A stretch of 64,000 nucleotides of DNA, taken from assembly GCA_964016885.1 (NCBI GenBank), contig OZ024741.1:279124001-279188000 (forward strand). The letters run 5' to 3'. The translations under genes and the position numbers were made by a program. Each line of letters begins with the position of its first letter. The first letter of the stretch is position 1. Below, one piece after another: positions 44,601 to 56,557 of this stretch. The notes under the pieces are model-generated. The model was not told the origin of the DNA and did no database searches. It was given only the letters and a program-made list of their open reading frames with translations. Source of the stretch: Eledone cirrhosa (lineage: Eukaryota).

Positions 44601-45850
44601 GCCAGCTATTTCGTTCACCGCTTCCAATTCCAATTTAGTGGGTTCTTTACTGACTCTAGTGTTGTATGGTCTGTCACTCACATTAAGGCTGTGTATCTCT
44701 TGAAACATATCGTTCCATATCACTTGTAGGGTGCCCACAAGTTTTTGGTGCTCTGTTTGTTCAGTAGAGTCATGAATTGCAGCCTCGTTGTTGATGTGGT
44801 GACAATTACTACTAGAGTCAGCTGACCTTTCTCGCTGTTCTTCAGTGGAAGTGGGATGGATTTCAGCAAAATTGTTGGTGAGCTGTTCACTGTTAGATTT
44901 AGCCGGCCATTCTCTTTGTCTGTCAGTGGAGGTGGGGTGGTTGTCTACAAGAGCTGTATTTGTAGTATCACTCGATTCCGTTAGATGTATCAATTTACAT
45001 CTAATGATACGTTTTGCCTGTTCATTTAGATGCTTTGGAGAAAAGTCTAATTCTGGGTGTTTGGAGTTCCATAAAGTTTTTAGCCTTTGCATAAAACCGA
45101 ACTTTTGGGGTTCAGATTGTTTGTATGCTTCATATAATTCTTTGTTAAGCTCGTAGCTCCACTGTATACAACGGTTGTAATTGCGATTTGGTCGAAGGAG
45201 ACTTGTACTTTTTGCCATGATGAGTTCGTCTATTCACTAATATTTTGTATTTATTTTTTTTAAATAGTCGATGATCTTCTTTAAAAGTTACGACAAAGTT
45301 CTGTCAGAATCAAATTTAAAGTTATTCACAGCTTGGGTAATATTTCTTTTCAGTTAGTTTTTAATTCTACAACTGTGTTTTAAACGTTGTTCTTGAATCG
45401 TTTGAATCGAGAACAAAAAGAACCGTTACTTAGTATATTCCTTTACGAATGTAATATAATATAACAACGCTGTATTTATATGTTAAAGTTTATGTATCAT
45501 TCATATAAATAGGTGTTCTACAACATATTCACAACATTCACAGTTCAAACACTTATATTTTTGTTTCTGAATCGAAAACGTTACTTTTATATTTCTTTAT
45601 AAATGTAATATAACAACGTTGCATTTATATGTTAAAGTGTATGTATCGTTCATATATCATAAGTGTATGTATCGTTCATATAAATAGGTGTTTTACAACA
45701 CACTTACAGTTCAAACACTTATGTAGAATTATTGTATGTAATCTTACCGCGTAATGTAGCTCAACTTTTTCCAATATATGGTATGTTGCCTTCATGTAAG
45801 CCGTAATTACACACGTCCAATTATCGGACACTGACCACAACGGTCGCCAT
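41628..45850 (-). mobile_element. Apparently full-length R4/Dong-like RLE non-LTR retrotransposon in an (ATGT)n tract
   Basis: Single intact ORF, ~630-nt 5' UTR, ~80-nt 3' UTR, both junctions abut TACA/TAAA repeats. Confidence 0.85.
41709..45218 (-). CDS. Non-LTR polyprotein: RT, CCHC finger and restriction-like endonuclease (1169 aa)
   Basis: KSPGPD, NYRPI, DYQKAFDSV, GIFQGDSLS, FFVDD, YRYLG, GGRGL, CRLC..H..C, RHD, RPDIVV..EIS. Confidence 0.95.
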   Translation of the reverse strand: MAKSTSLLRPNRNYNRCIQWSYELNKELYEAYKQSEPQKFGFMQRLKTLWNSKHPELDFSPKHLNEQAKRIIRCKLIHLTESSDTTNTALVDNHPTSTDRQREWPAKSNSEQLTNNFAEIHPTSTEEQRERSADSSSNCHHINNEAAIHDSTEQTEHQKLVGTLQVIWNDMFQEIHSLNVSDRPYNTRVSKEPTKLELEAVNEIAGNYLKAIRSKGVETTFETLNVLLYVSAVTLLSYNTHLKPRNQDTNRKPEPAWMRNLKTKILSLGRSISHIAVVMKCNIERNFTRHQEDLKKKLERRFGDTKFKTLNSKLHQLKQQLTATTERLKYKSTAHKRQVLNRLFARDPKSVYRSFGGKSSIPVNDTPSKEQVENYWRSVWETDDGFNRQANWLKQLEQDYCQHVQTKQYDIDGSILETALQKMSNRKSPGPDLITGYWLKNFTFYRQDLIRLFTETIKGTQELPRWLSTATTLLIPQNSQTTLAKNYRPIACQNIMYKLYTGCLNLFLQDHCATNNIITPEQAGGKREVWGCIDHLLTNKMIQEKTTKNRRNMTVVWLDYQKAFDSVPHGWIIKALQLAKVPQPLVAAVERLTKNWYTNLILRGEKEQVKTDRMHYQKGIFQGDSLSVLLFVLSLNPLSYLLRKQGGQRSGPRSIFHLFFVDDLKLYGPNINDIKKQLDLITQFSTDIKMKFGESKCAYLAAKRGRAVPSSRNLDMNGLTIQPLQSGDNYRYLGQDENVRYDGPINKERTRTEYLRRVKKIWSSELSAYNKYIAHNTYAVPIITPTFGLLNWSLQELSEMDVRTRKLLSVTGNFNINGDVDRLYFSRKEGGRGLKSILTTYETRIVTLKQHLQQRKKVGDHLAQVYEHEKRNIIRIATDLEERYGIKPDINLSPREIGRSYSMFKQEKKIDQFTEKVVHGYLRRKTQTIEGINHSKSLAWSSDKFMTSHLEGYLYAIQEQELPTKYLLHKRGGPAADNKCRLCKTKIEDVSHIVASCERMSSRYYLPMRHDGIARTIWNALRKTKLTTNEEEYIETDGTKEYWWNLKIKTATKLKHNRPDIVVWDHTLKTCSVVEISCPLDVNVVRKIQEKEDIYGPLMRSLQIQYPRYTFSFIPIIIGATGYIPTRLDQSMTELGFADKKRSSLIHSLQMAAIAGTFKICKTFLRFKG

Positions 45851-46380
45851 TGTATGTATGTATGTATTTATGTATGTTTGTATTTACGTATGTATGTATG
45901 GATTATTTATGTTATTTATGTATGTATGTATGGATTATTTATGTTATTTATGTATGTATGCATGTATATATTTCTGTATGTATTTCTGTGTGTATGTATT
46001 TATGTATGTATGGATGGATTATTTATGTTATTTATGTATGTATGTATGGATTATTTATGTTATTTATGTATGTATGTATGTATGTATATATTTCTGTATG
46101 TATTTATGTGTGTATGTATTTATGTATGTATGGATGTATTTATTTATGTATGTATTTATGTATGTATTTATGTATGTTTGTAGTTACGTATGTATGTATT
46201 TATGTATGTAAGTATGCAAACGTGTGTATGCATGTATGCAGGTATACATGTGTGTATCTATGTATGTGAAAATACACATGTATATGTATGTATCTATGTC
46301 TGTATGTTTGTATGTATGTACGTAAGTATGCATATATATATGTATATAAGTATGTATCTATCTATCTATCTATCTATCAC

Positions 46381-48060
46381 TACTGCGGAAGTTGGAGCTT
46401 TTTCAGGGCATCCCTTTAGAACCGGGACTGCGAAAAGCGGCGTCGGCTTATGCCGACGACGTCACTGTAATGGTGTCGAAAACCTCGGAAATCAAGGTAA
46501 TCGGCAACCTACTACGGGAATACGAAAGGTTCAAAGGAGCAAAACTGAACCCGGACAAGTCTGTCGGTTTGCAACTCGGAACGTGGCGAGGCAAACCGAT
46601 GCCGTCCGACAGCGTCGTCGGACGCTGGACGGAAGGACCGGTGAAATTGCTCGGGGTCTGGTTCGGTCCAGACCTGCAGGTGGAGAAAAACTGGAACGAG
46701 GTCATGGCCAAGGTATTTGCGCTCACCCAGAAGTGGGCAGAGTGCAAACTGTCTTTGAAAGGTCGAGCGGAGGTGGCGAACACTTTCATAGCGTCCGTCA
46801 TCTACTACCGCTTGACTGTCGTGCCTTGTCCCCGTGAATACCTCACGAAGATGGAACGCATGCTCTTCCAGTTCCTGTGGAAGAAGCAGTCTCCACTGGT
46901 GAGGAGATCCGTCTGCTGTCAGCACCCTTCCAACGGAGGGCTGGGCATGCCGTGGCTAATGATGCGTAAACATGCGCTGAGGCTACGGCATCTCCAGATA
47001 TTCCTCACCGACCAACCGGTGTGGGCACCGTTTGTGAGACAGGCCTTCCCACAACTCGTCTCGCTGATGGAGCTGCAGTTCTGGGTGAAGCGAAGACCGA
47101 AGAAGATGGGCGCCTGGCACATTGAATGCGCCCAGGCGCTCACAGTCCTCTGACAAGCGGACACAGCAATCAGTGGAGACTCCACTTCGACATTCTATAG
47201 AGGATTAGTACTTTACAAGTGCGACGACGTGCTCGGGGAGATTCTAGACGTCGAAGACGACGAGCTCACCAGTCTGTTCGGTAGGACTTTCCGCCCGAAA
47301 CCTATGGACAACTTCCAGAGGTCCCTGGCCTGGCAGTGCTACCGAGGAGCTCTACCCGTTCGAGATAAGATCTACAGGCATGGACGCCCCGGCAAGGATC
47401 CTTCCAAGAGGACGTGTCCAAGATGCGAGCAGGACATTGAAACCGTCTTGCACGCAATTGTACACTTCCCGGGCGTAAGCGACCTGTGGAACTATGCAGA
47501 ACAACTGCTGTCGCGTATGGGACAAATCCAGTTGACTGCCGAGTCCATAGTAAGGATCAAACCGCCAGCCTCTTTCAAAAACGAAAGAGAGGCGGTTTTC
47601 CTCTGTACGGTGGCTATGGTGAAAGAGGTTATATGGTGGGCGAGATTGAGAGGACATATTCCTTTCTCTCCGGACAACAATTGATTCCCTTCTTTAAGTA
47701 TCATTTTAGAAGGAGAATCAGAGTGGAGAGAGAGGCACTGCACCCCAGTAAATTTACTGAAAGGTGGATGAATGAAGCGAAAATGGCCCGAGTGATTGGG
47801 CCTTCTCTGTTTATAAGCCTGTAGGTTAAAGAAGAGAGCAAAAGGAAGAAGGGAGCACTTGCACAACACGCTCCTGAAGTTGAGAGTTGTTCTATCGACG
47901 GGGTATTAAACAACCCATTTGTGGCGCCTCCCCCCTATTGGGGATTTCGATTGTTATAATTCTTTGTTTCAATATTTTTACATTACTGTATATAAAATCC
48001 CCGGCATGTGTCTTTGTATTGTTCCCTTTTCTTGTGCGCCCTTGTGGCCAATAAAGAAAT
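46381..48060 (+). mobile_element. L1/Tx1-clade LINE 3' fragment (RT end plus zinc finger), disrupted
   Basis: AYADD, LNPDKS, KLLGVWF, LSLKGRAEVAN, GGLGMP, CPRC..ETVLH; stop and frameshift; AATAAA at ~48050. Confidence 0.88.
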
Positions 48061-48573
48061 ATATCTATTTATATATATACAGTATATGTATCTATCTATC
48101 TATGTCTTTATCTATGTATGTATGTATGCATGTATGCATGTATGTATGTATGTATGTATGTATTTTTGTATGTATGTATAAGGCGGCGAACTAAAACGTC
48201 AGATAGAATGCTTTGCGGTATTCGTTCCGGCTCTCTACACACTGAGTTCAAATCCCGTCGAGGTCGATAAAAACAGTACCACTCCAATACTGGGGTCGAA
48301 TCTTCCTCACTTCCTCGCAACCACTATGTATTATGCATGTATGTATGCATGGATGGATGGGAGGATGGATGGATGTACTTATTCATTCATATAATATATA
48401 TATATATATATATATACATGTCTAAGCGTGTGTGTGCGTGTATGTATGTATATATCCATGCATGTATGTATACATTATGCATGTATACATATATCCACGC
48501 ATGTATGTATATATGTATGTGTGTAAGTATATATGCTTGTTTGTATGTATGTATGTATGTTCTTCTGGTTTCT

Positions 48574-48765
48574 GGATTGGCAGTATCGGTAGAGGGTCGG
48601 ACGCCATGCTTTGACGTGTAGAGTTACGGCCCTTGCTATTCTGAGTTCAAATCCCGCCGAGGTTAACTTTGCCTTTCATCCTCACGGGGGGGGGGGGTCG
48701 ATAAAATAAAGTACCAGTAATACACTGTATATTTGCTGGCCTTGTGCCAAAAGTAGAAACAATTA
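48574..48765 (+). mobile_element. Family A SINE (diverged copy also at 48181-48300)
   Basis: Consensus match. Confidence 0.85.
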
Positions 48766-49004
48766 TTTTATAAATTTTTACCAATAAAGGGAGCCAGTTT
48801 CTAACATAGATACAAGACTCTTTCATTGGAATATAGACAACATCAGCTAGGTAAATATGTATGTATATCTGCATACGTGTGTGCGCGCGCATGTGTGTGT
48901 GCAAGTATGGATGTTATTGTATGTGTGGAGGTGTATGTTTTGAGTTGTATGTGTGCATGTACATATGCTTTGTATCTGTACATACGTACATCCAGTTATT
49001 TCAT

Positions 49005-49390
49005 TCAGAATCTTTTACATATTTTTACTGTTCCGTTAATGGATTGTACTTGTAATTTCCTAACTAGTCTTGTTCTAACTGGTTCTGTGAAGCCTAGCTT
49101 CTGAAGATTTGTATTGAGGCAGTTACTAACATACCCCAGTGCCCCAATAATCATAGGCATAAATCTGAAGGTATAGTCAGGGTGGAGTATCTGCAGATTC
49201 CTCATTAGTTCTACATAGATATTCTCATTTTCGCTAATCTTAAATATTATATTGGCATCTGCTGGGTAGCTGATCCCCATAACTGTGCATGCCTTCTTTT
49301 CCACCTCCCATATCACTATATTTAATCTGTTATGCTTGCATTTTATTGGGGTTTTTACTGGAACATTCCATCAGTAGTCTTTTATATTAT
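49005..49390 (-). pseudogene. RLE-endonuclease 3' fragment of a second R4/Dong-like family
   Basis: KHNRLNIVIW..IYVELMRNLQIL.P.YTF.F.P.IIGALG..KICK aligns to the C-terminus of the 41709-45218 ORF. Confidence 0.85.
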
Positions 49391-49550
49391 GTATGTATAA
49401 TATCTATGCATGCGTATTTATCTTGATGTACTTTTTTCTGTTTACATGCAAGCATGTATATATTGTGGACATTTGTACACACAGACATATATATATTAGA
49501 AAGAGTTGGGGTCAGACGGCTGAGTTCTTGCCGTCTCCACAGCTAATTCC

Positions 49551-49662
<112 letters not shown>

Positions 49663-49695
49663 GTACATGTATATAAGCATATATGCATATGTATG

Positions 49696-49772
<77 letters not shown>

Positions 49773-50599
49773 CAAGTGGAAGCTTAGTAAAATCGAATCT
49801 TTGGCTGTGGCCAAGCAAAGTCGACCTACAATAAGGAATGAGTAGCAAAGCACTCAATAAGGGTAGGTCCTTGAGTAATAACATACGTTTAAATAGCTTG
49901 ACAAATTGAAAAACCCAACTATACAATACCAAAGTAACGAACGAACTAATCAGGTTAAATACAGACCTGGACAGAGCGGACGATATTCTGCAATACGTCC
50001 GATATGTTTCCATGAATCCGAAATCATCTATCCAACTTACGTAACACGTAAGCTTGTGGTATTCCATGATCGAACAGGGGATTCATTTCATCGACAGGTA
50101 TTCCGTTCTATTGCCTCAAACTGGTGTGAACAAACTAAATGCGACCGCCACAATAGACAGCCTACAAACATTTCGTTGTCACGTGTTATTTCCAACAAGG
50201 GAAGCAACCCCCGGTTTTTGGCGGGTAAATTCAAAGTGTTAACAAAGGAAAAGATATTTTCGCTCAACATTCCGAATAAAAGCTCTCAACCAGATGTTAT
50301 TAAACAAACACAAATAATTAACCAATCAACAGAATTGTCTAATTAAATTACTTAGTTAATTATTAAGTCTAGGAGAATATATATATATATATATATATAT
50401 ATCATCATCATTTCATTTTACGTCCGCTTTTCCCTGCTTGCAAGGGTGGGACGGGAACTGATTTTGGCTTGATTTCTACAGCTGGATGCCCTTCCTAACA
50501 CCAACCTCATTTACAGTGAGTGCTGGGTGACACCTCCACGACCACTTTGCAGTGGAATGATAGGGACCCCAGTCCCTATCATCTCATTTCTACAGCTGA

Positions 50600-50722
50600 G
50601 TAAACTGGAGCAATGTGAAATAAAGTGTCTTGCTCAAGGAAACAACACATCACCCGGTCTGAGAATTGAACTCACAACCTTTCGATTGCAAGGCCAATGC
50701 TCTAACCACTAAGCCATGTGCC
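50600..50722 (-). mobile_element. Family B tRNA-SINE 5' part
   Basis: Reverse complement TGGCTTAGTGG..GAGTTCAATTC..CCTTGAGCAAGACACTT. Confidence 0.8.
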
Positions 50723-50723
50723 T

Positions 50724-50802
<79 letters not shown>

Positions 50803-50826
50803 CATACATACATATATATATATATA

Positions 50827-52831
50827 CACTTCACCAATGCAGTGGCGAAAGCAAGTGAAACCCTGGTGCACTTCACCAATGCAGTGGCGAAAGCAAGTGA
50901 AACCCTGGTGCCGAGGAAAAAGAACTAAGGGAAGCACGTCAGCTCTGCAAACCCAAAAGTGTGTGCAGCCAGAGAACACCTGAAAGCTGCCAGGGACCAA
51001 TTCTATGCTGATCCTACGGAGGAGAGGATGGAGACTGTGGAGGTGATGAGGGAAGAGCTCTGTACCGCTTACACTGAGGTCAGAGAGGAGGCACTGATAG
51101 AGAAGATCAGAAGTGTGGAGAGAGCGGTTGACAGATCTGGATGTAAGGAGAGCTGGATGATCATCAACGAGATCACAGGGAGGAAGAAAAGGTGTTCGAG
51201 TCAGATCCAGGGAACGGGGCCCGAGGATAGGAAGAGGAAATGGCTAGACCATTTTAGGGCCCTACTAGGAGAGCCACCCTCCACAGCCCAGAGCACTGGG
51301 GAGATCAGGCGGCTGTTTGAGGAACTGGATGTTGAGACAGAGCCCTTCACCAGAGAGGAGCTTCAGAGAGCCAAGAAGAGGATCAAGGAGGGCAAGGCTC
51401 ATGGAGAAGATGGAGTGGCATCAGAGGTGATGAAGAGGTGTGATTTTGATGATATCATCCTGGGGTTCTGTAACGGGGCACTGGAGAAAGGAGTTGCCCC
51501 GAATCAGTGGAGGATCAGTAACATCGTCCCAGTGCCAAAGAAGGGAGATCTCTCTAACACCAACAACTACCGGGGGATCTCACTGACGTCACTTGTGGCA
51601 AAGACCCTCAACAGGATGATTCTTAACAGGATCCAGCCTGAGATGGAGAAGAAGCTCAGGGACAACCAGAACGGCTTCAGGGAGGGTAGATCAACCACCA
51701 GTCACATCCTGATGCTGAGGAGGATATTAGAGGGAGCTAGAGCAAAGGGCCTTCCTGCGGTCATGGTTTTCATTGACTTTAGGAAGGCCTTTGATTCTGT
51801 GGACCGTTACTGCCTGATGAAGATCTTACAGGCTTATGGAATCCCCAAGAGGATAGTGGACCTGATAGCACTGCTCTACACCAACACCAAAGCCCAAGTC
51901 ATTACACCTGATGGGATAACAGAGTTCTTTGAGATACTGGCTGGAGTGCTCCAGGGAGATACATTGGCTCCCTACCTTTTTATCATTGTAGTGGACTATT
52001 GTATGCGCCTTGCACTGGAGAAATACCAGGACTCTGGCTTTACTGTAGCACCGGCTCAGAGCAGGAGAGTTGGGGCGAAAAAGGTATCGGATGCTGAATT
52101 TGCCGACGACATAGTTTTGGTGACAAATACAGTGAAGGAGGCAGAGGATTTGATGCGGGAGGTTGAGACTGTGTCGATGAGTGTGGGGCTGAGAATGAAT
52201 GAGACTAAAACAAAATATCTGGTAGAGAATGTTGAGAAGCCAGAGGGGATCACTAATGTAGGCGGGAAGCCGCTGGAATTGGTTGAGGACTTCCTGTATT
52301 TGGGAGCAAAGATTGGGAATACGGAAGATGATGTGGTTGAGAGGAAGAGCAAGGCCTGGGCGGCGTGTCACAGCTTGAGATCGGTGTGGAAGTCGGACCT
52401 TCGTAGAGACCTGAAAATCCGCCTCTTCATTGCTGTAGTGGAGTATGTGCTGCTGTATGGGTCTGAGACTTGGACACTGACCAAGAGACTCACTCAGATG
52501 GTGGATGGGTGCTACACGAGAATGCTGAGGATGGCTCTGAACATTAATCAGTATACACTGAGGATGAAAAACTCAGAGCTGTATGGGAGCATCCCAAAAG
52601 TCAGCTCAAAAGTCACACAGAGGAGACTGAGGTTGGCTGGACACGCTCACCGACATCCAGAGTTGACATTGCACTCAGTGCTCCTTTGGGAGCCCCTACA
52701 TGGACACACTAGAAGAGGAAGACCAAGGTTAACATATGGTCTGTTGGAGATGCAGGATATGGCAGCGATAATGAGGGACAGAGACCGCTGGAGAGAACTC
52801 GTCCATGGATCTCGGGAATTTTACCCGCCTT

Positions 52832-52833
<2 letters not shown>
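50827..52833 (+). mobile_element. 5'-truncated RTE-like LINE, RT domain open (50959-52833)
   Basis: PKKGD..NYRGISL, QNGFR, FIDFRKAFDSV, GVLQGDTLAP, EFADD, FLYLG, LLYGSETW, RRGRPR; ends at the stop codon then (TA)n. Confidence 0.92.
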
Positions 52834-52869
<36 letters not shown>

Positions 52870-52872
<3 letters not shown>

Positions 52873-53720
52873 GGTGGCCCTTAGCAATAGGTAATTTTCC
52901 GAAAGTTACAATTTCGCTGTTGCCACCCTCTAATCCTGTTCCAATTAAAACCAACACGCAGTGTGGAAAGTTTCAGCTGAATCGAACAACTGTTAGGCGA
53001 CCCTCAAACGTCTTGAAATTGGAATATAGTATACGCAACGATTAATTGTTCAAAAGCAGTATACTGTTCTCTGTCTCGACCAAATTTATGTGGACATATC
53101 CAGGCAACCAAAGCAAATGTTTTAAAACGTTCTGAATCAAATTTACCAATAGTTAATTTGAAAAATTCCTGAAATAAAATGAAAAACTTAAGAAATATTA
53201 GGGATTCTTAAAACCTAATAAGAGAAACGCATTTTTATTTACAACAATAATTTCTATAGAATCAAAAACATAATGTGAACACTGAACACTGAAAATTGAA
53301 CATTATTTTTGCATAAGAGAGGATTTAGTGGCAGTTGGGTGTTTTATGGTTTTCGGTAACGATCTGTAAAACAAATTGTTTCTCAGTTTCGTCTTTTGTG
53401 AGAATGTTATTGTAATCCTGAATGAGTTTGGCACCTCCTTCTGCAACATCATTCACAACAACTGTCTTCTTAAGTTTTTCAAGTCCACTTTTGTAACCAG
53501 GATCATCCCTCCATGTTGAAGGGTCTTGGTCAGGGAAATCAGTGCTGATAGAAAATCTCATGAAGAAAATTTTTGGACCAGGAGTTACAAAAGACGAAGA
53601 CTCAATGTTTGTAAAGGAAGAAAAGTCATTTTGGTGTAGAATGTACCTCTTCGGTTGATTTTTTTCTTCTTCCTCTTCTTCACCTTTGTCTGCTTCCTGC
53701 ATAACTTGAGCAATATTTGC
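52870..53720 (-). mobile_element. hATm-type DNA transposon 3' fragment
   Basis: Terminus TAGGGTGGCCCTTA; VVNDVAEGGAKLIQDYNNILTKDE..KQFVLQIV transposase C-terminus. Confidence 0.75.
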
Positions 53721-54033
53721 CTTAACCTCTCCTTGCTCTCCTTGCTCTCCTTGCTCTCCTTTTATCCTTGCTCTCCTTGCTCTCCTTTTATCCTTGCTCT
53801 CCTTTTCTCATTGTTCTCCTTGCTCTCCTTTTCTCCTTGCTCTCCCTTTCTCCTTGTATCTATGTACTTGTTTATATACAAATACATTGAGAAAAGGGGA
53901 GCAAGGAGAAATATGAAAGCAAGGATAGTAAGGAGAGTATATATATACATATCATATATATATACATATATACATGTATATATATATGCAAAAGAAACCA
54001 AAGAACGCTTACATACTCAAACAGTCTTTATTT

Positions 54034-54077
54034 ACTTACAATGTTTCATCCTACCTTTTGGCAGGAATCCTCAGAGC
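54034..54077 (-). ncRNA. Type I hammerhead ribozyme near the 3' end of an unidentified element (~53988-56100)
   Basis: GCT-CTGAGGA-t-TCCTGCC-AAAA-GGTAGGA-t-GAAA-CATTG-TA-AGT followed by AATAAA and (TA)n. Confidence 0.8.
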
Positions 54078-54457
54078 CTAATAAATACAGTGTTGATTAT
54101 AAGCTCCACAAAAACCTAGTCACACGAACAATCAGAATAAAGATAGGGAGATTGGAGATGGCGAACAAAGAGGTGCATGCTGGGGTTGTTAAGCATCGCT
54201 GTTAAATGCCAGGTCATAAGGGGATTCGACAAGATGCAGATATAATAGATGGCACACAAAAACAAAGAATGCAAAAGCAAAAAATGCAAAAGCATAAAAA
54301 ATACATTAAAAATATACATAAAAAATACAGACAAAGGTTAAAACATAATAAAAATTATAATAAAGTAATAAAAAATATAAAAATAATAAAGATAATAAAA
54401 TAAAATAAAGTAAAATAATTTAAAAAATATATATATATAATGAAAAATAATAAAATA

Positions 54458-55441
54458 ATTGTTTCTACATTAGGCACAAGGCCTGCAATTACCCAGTGCA
54501 TTACTGGTACTTTATTTTATCGACCCCATAAGGATGAAAGGCAAAGTCAACCTCGGCGGGATTTGAACTCAGATCGTAAAGGGACGTAACTATGCTGGAA
54601 AGCATGGCGTTCGACCCTCTACCGATACTGCCAATCCACCGCCACTTCCAATGAAATTATTGTTTCTACTTTAGGCACAAGGCCAGCAAATACCCAGTGC
54701 ATTACTGGTACTTTATTTTATCGACCCCGTAAGGATGAAAGGCAAAGTCAACCTCGGCGGGATTTGAACTCAGATCGTAAAGGGACGTAACTATGCTGGA
54801 AAGCATGGCGTTCGACCCTCTAACGATACTGCCAATCCACCGCCACTTCCAATGAAATTATTGTTTCTACTTTAGGCACAAGGCCAGCAATTACCCAGTG
54901 CATTACTGGTACTTTATTTTATCGACCCCGTAAGGATGAAAGGCAAAGTCAACCTCGGCGGGATTTGAACTCAGATCGTAAAGGGACGTAACTATGCTGG
55001 AAAGCATGGCGTTCGACCCTCTAACGATACTGCCAATCCACCGCCACTTCCAATGAAATTATTGTTTCTACTTTAGGCACAAGGCCAGCAATTACCCAGT
55101 GCATTACTGGTACTTTATTTTATCGACCCCGTAAGGATGAAAGGCAAAGTCAACCTCGGCGGGATTTGAACTCAGATCGTAAAGGGACGTAACTATGCTG
55201 GAAAGCATGGCGTTCGACCCTCTAACGATACTGCCAATCCACCGCCACTTCCAATGAAATTATTGTTTCTACTTTAGGCACAAGGCCAGCAATTACCCAG
55301 TGCATTACTGGTACTTTATTTTATCGACCCCGTAAGGATGAAAGGCAAAGTCAACCTCGGCGGGATTTGAACTCAGATCGTAAAGGGACGTAACTATACT
55401 GGAAAGCATGGCGTCCGACTCTCTACTGATACTGCCAATCC
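54458..55441 (-). repeat. Five tandem family A SINE units, exact 201-bp period
   Basis: GTTTCTAC at 54461, 54662, 54863, 55064, 55265. Confidence 0.95.
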
Positions 55442-55589
55442 AAAAATAATAAAAGATAATAAGATAATAAAATAATATAATATAATAAAATTAAAAATTA
55501 AAAAGAAAAAAGATTTTTTAAAATTTTTTTAATTAAAAAATTTAAAAATTAAGAAATTAAAAAAGTAAATAAATTTTTTTTTTTTCATT

Positions 55590-55722
55590 AAAAAATAAAA
55601 AATAAAGAATAAAAAATAAAAAATAAAAAATAAAAAATAAAAAATAAAAAATAAAAAATAAAAAATAAAAAATAAAAAATAAAAAATAAAAAATAAAAAA
55701 TAAAAAATAAAAAATAAAAAAT
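55590..55722. repeat. (AAAAAAT)n heptamer array
   Basis: Direct reading. Confidence 0.9.
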
Positions 55723-56169
55723 TTTTCCTAAGAGAAATTCTTTAAAAAAGAAATAAATGCAGAAAGAAGAAAAAAAGTTATAAGTTATAAGCACATTGAG
55801 AAGCCAAAAGAGTACAAGCGCTGGTCCCTAGTAACACGAGTGAGTAGGATCTCGGTAACTTATATATAAGCGTTAAGAAGTCTTTTTGGTACATCCCGAA
55901 AGACCACAGTAATCCGAATCACCACCATGATATACATACACAAGGTATATTGGTAGGTACCCTCACAAGCATATAGGAAGGTATCACAAAAGCACAAGCC
56001 TTACACAAGTAAAATATGGTTATTATATGGTAGGGCTGAGTAAAACAAGTAAAAAACGGCATAAAAACAAACTATGCACAAGCAGATCGGGGTTATTGCA
56101 ATATATATATTACCCAATACCGAATACTCATTTCTCTCAGCTGTCAACCACATACGGATATATGTATAT

Positions 56170-56540
56170 TAGAGTGGCCCTTAGCAATAGGTAATTTTTC
56201 GAAAGTTAAAATTTTGCTACTCCCACAGCGGAAAATGGATGTTTGCCCTATACCTGCGCTCTGTCACCAGCTTTGCAAGTTGCCTTCCCCATTATATTTA
56301 TGGTCACTTATCCTTCTAATACCAAGAATAAGTCTGAGCAAGTTTTTAATTTAAGAGAAAATTTTTATCTAAAAAAATGACTTTCCGGGCGAAAACTTCA
56401 AAATTTCGCGGTCGATGAGAATCGCCTTGCAGTTGCCCGTTTGAGGTAAAATTTTACATAGATTGGCTTTTTTATTAATTGGAACAAGATAAGGGATGGG
56501 AGCTAAACTTTTAGAAAGTTGAAAAATAAGGGCCACCCTA
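56170..56540. mobile_element. hATm-family MITE related to the 52870 element
   Basis: TIRs TAGAGTGGCCCTTA / TAAGGGCCACCCTA; TSD ATGTATAT/ATGTGTAT (7/8). Confidence 0.8.
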
Positions 56541-56557
56541 ATGTGTATATATATATA

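Noticed and set aside
45740-45850. HDV-like ribozyme at the 5' end of the R4-like element
   Set aside because: Only small hairpins seen; no P1/P3/L3 nested pseudoknot could be drawn by eye.
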